From IMG/VR virus record IMGVR_UViG_3300025133_000072, positions 1 to 64,000 of that record: 64,000 nucleotides of DNA. One strand, given 5' to 3'. The position numbers and the translations under genes were made by a program. This document shows, piece by piece, positions 62,781-64,000 of the stretch; within the stretch, counting starts at the first letter, position 1; each line of letters starts with the position of its first letter. The DNA comes from a virus. The notes under the pieces are model-generated. The model had not been told where the DNA came from, made no database searches, and was given only the letters and a program-made list of their open reading frames with translations.

Positions 62781-64000
62781 GTGTTTGCCTTATTAGATCC
62801 CCGAACCTACTATCAATCCTTCCAAAAATTATTCCAGAGGGATGATCCTTGGTTAAAGCAGATCACGAACGCTGTTGATCAGGCAAAACTTGAAACCAGA
62901 GAAACAACAGCCTTCAAGATCTATCAGACTTATCAGGATCTAGCAGGTTTGATCGCTGATCTTAATCCCTTTATTGATTATTATCTTGTAGATCTGATCT
63001 TAAACACTCATAAGGATCAGACACTTTCAGAAGACCCCTCTTCCGGGAAAATGTTCACGATCGAAATAGATTCCAAAGCTCAGAACGCTTCTAAAATCCA
63101 GAAAAGAATTGATCGTCTTTATGAGGTGATTGATCTGGAGGCTGTTTTAGCTGATGTTCTTTCGGACGCTATGTTCTGGGGCCAGTATCCTTTGAGGATT
63201 ATGTTTCAGAAGACTGGAACAGAAAAAGGGATTGTAGACCTGCTTGATGTAGTGCAGCCTGGATCATTAGTCTCTATTCATCGTAAGCACCTTCCTTCTA
63301 TTGTGTTTGAAAAAACAGGCAGGGAAATTAGGACGTTCAATCCTTGGGAATACTGGACCTTGGATATGTCGATGAGAAAACTTATGATCGAAAGCCAGTA
63401 TGGGTGGACTAAAATTCCTTATCACCTTCGAGTAGGCCGACCTATGTTTGCTAATCTCCTTCCTCAGATTCGAGATCTGATGTCCTTGGAGATTATCGAT
63501 GTAGCCAGAGAGCTTGCTGAGCTATCCCGGAATTCGCTTGTGAATATCTCAGGTCCTGATGGATTGGATTTGGACAAGCAGAAGATCTATACCACTTATT
63601 ATGAGAAGAAGATCAATCGTAAAGTAGGCGACCTCACTACCATGTCTCCTCAAGCTATTGAGAAGATCATCCGGAAATCCGGAGAGATGAAAGCCATCAT
63701 CCGAGACTCCAGTAAGGGGGAAGTGAACCCCATATCTCTATCACAGGCTCATCATGGAGAGAATAGGATAGATAAGATCAAGGATCGAAGAGAAGCCATT
63801 TGTACCAGTACAGGAACCCCTTTTGAGGTTGTGTTCGGTCAAACAGATGTTTCTGCTCGTGGAGGCATTCGACAATTTGCCAGATTTCAAAAACGTATAG
63901 CTGCGAATCACAAGGCTATCGGTTGGGCTATTAAGCGATTGATAGCTATCGATACTGCCATGGCTGGGATTGAGATCAGGAACTGGAAAGATATCCAGGT
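62781..64000 (+). CDS. portal protein, T4 gp20-like (runs off the window)
   Basis: open frame from GTG at 62781 with no stop before the window end; follows terL; TGGTACAAT upstream; FWGQY, VGRP...L..LE, TGTP. Confidence 0.75.
   Translation, partial: MFALLDPRTYYQSFQKLFQRDDPWLKQITNAVDQAKLETRETTAFKIYQTYQDLAGLIADLNPFIDYYLVDLILNTHKDQTLSEDPSSGKMFTIEIDSKAQNASKIQKRIDRLYEVIDLEAVLADVLSDAMFWGQYPLRIMFQKTGTEKGIVDLLDVVQPGSLVSIHRKHLPSIVFEKTGREIRTFNPWEYWTLDMSMRKLMIESQYGWTKIPYHLRVGRPMFANLLPQIRDLMSLEIIDVARELAELSRNSLVNISGPDGLDLDKQKIYTTYYEKKINRKVGDLTTMSPQAIEKIIRKSGEMKAIIRDSSKGEVNPISLSQAHHGENRIDKIKDRREAICTSTGTPFEVVFGQTDVSARGGIRQFARFQKRIAANHKAIGWAIKRLIAIDTAMAGIEIRNWKDIQ

Overview
The whole window is one segment of a large tailed dsDNA phage genome. 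A myovirus is likely (PAAR spike, baseplate and tail-fibre genes, T4 gp20-like portal). A spanin-like pair points to a Gram-negative host. I saw no host housekeeping genes, rRNA, tRNA, CRISPR array or integrase. Layout: (1) 1-17 kb holds baseplate, fibre and spike genes, paralogous tail fibres, Gly-rich fibre/adhesin paralogs, a receiver-domain membrane protein and spanins. (2) 17-32.4 kb is an accessory/early region with a MerR regulator and repeated promoter-RBS cassettes. It also contains an AAA+ ATPase / VWA-metallopeptidase / DUF3150-like module surrounded by about eight short, highly diverged DUF3150-like paralogs. (3) 32.4-57 kb is DNA metabolism: primase, methyltransferases, an iteron-containing initiator behind a structured RNA leader, a DnaC-like loader, DnaB, beta clamp, split UDG-exo + PolA, clamp loader, UvsY, SSB, RecA, flap nuclease, RuvC-like resolvase, split SbcC with SbcD, and an intein-containing NrdJ. 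(4) 59-64 kb is packaging: a terminase large subunit fractured by a naturally split intein, then the portal, which runs off the window. Best novelty candidates are the DUF3150-like paralog array, the REC-coiled-coil-TM protein, the split-intein terminase and the switch-like RNA leader upstream of the initiator. All family assignments were made by recognising motifs by eye; no database searches were run.
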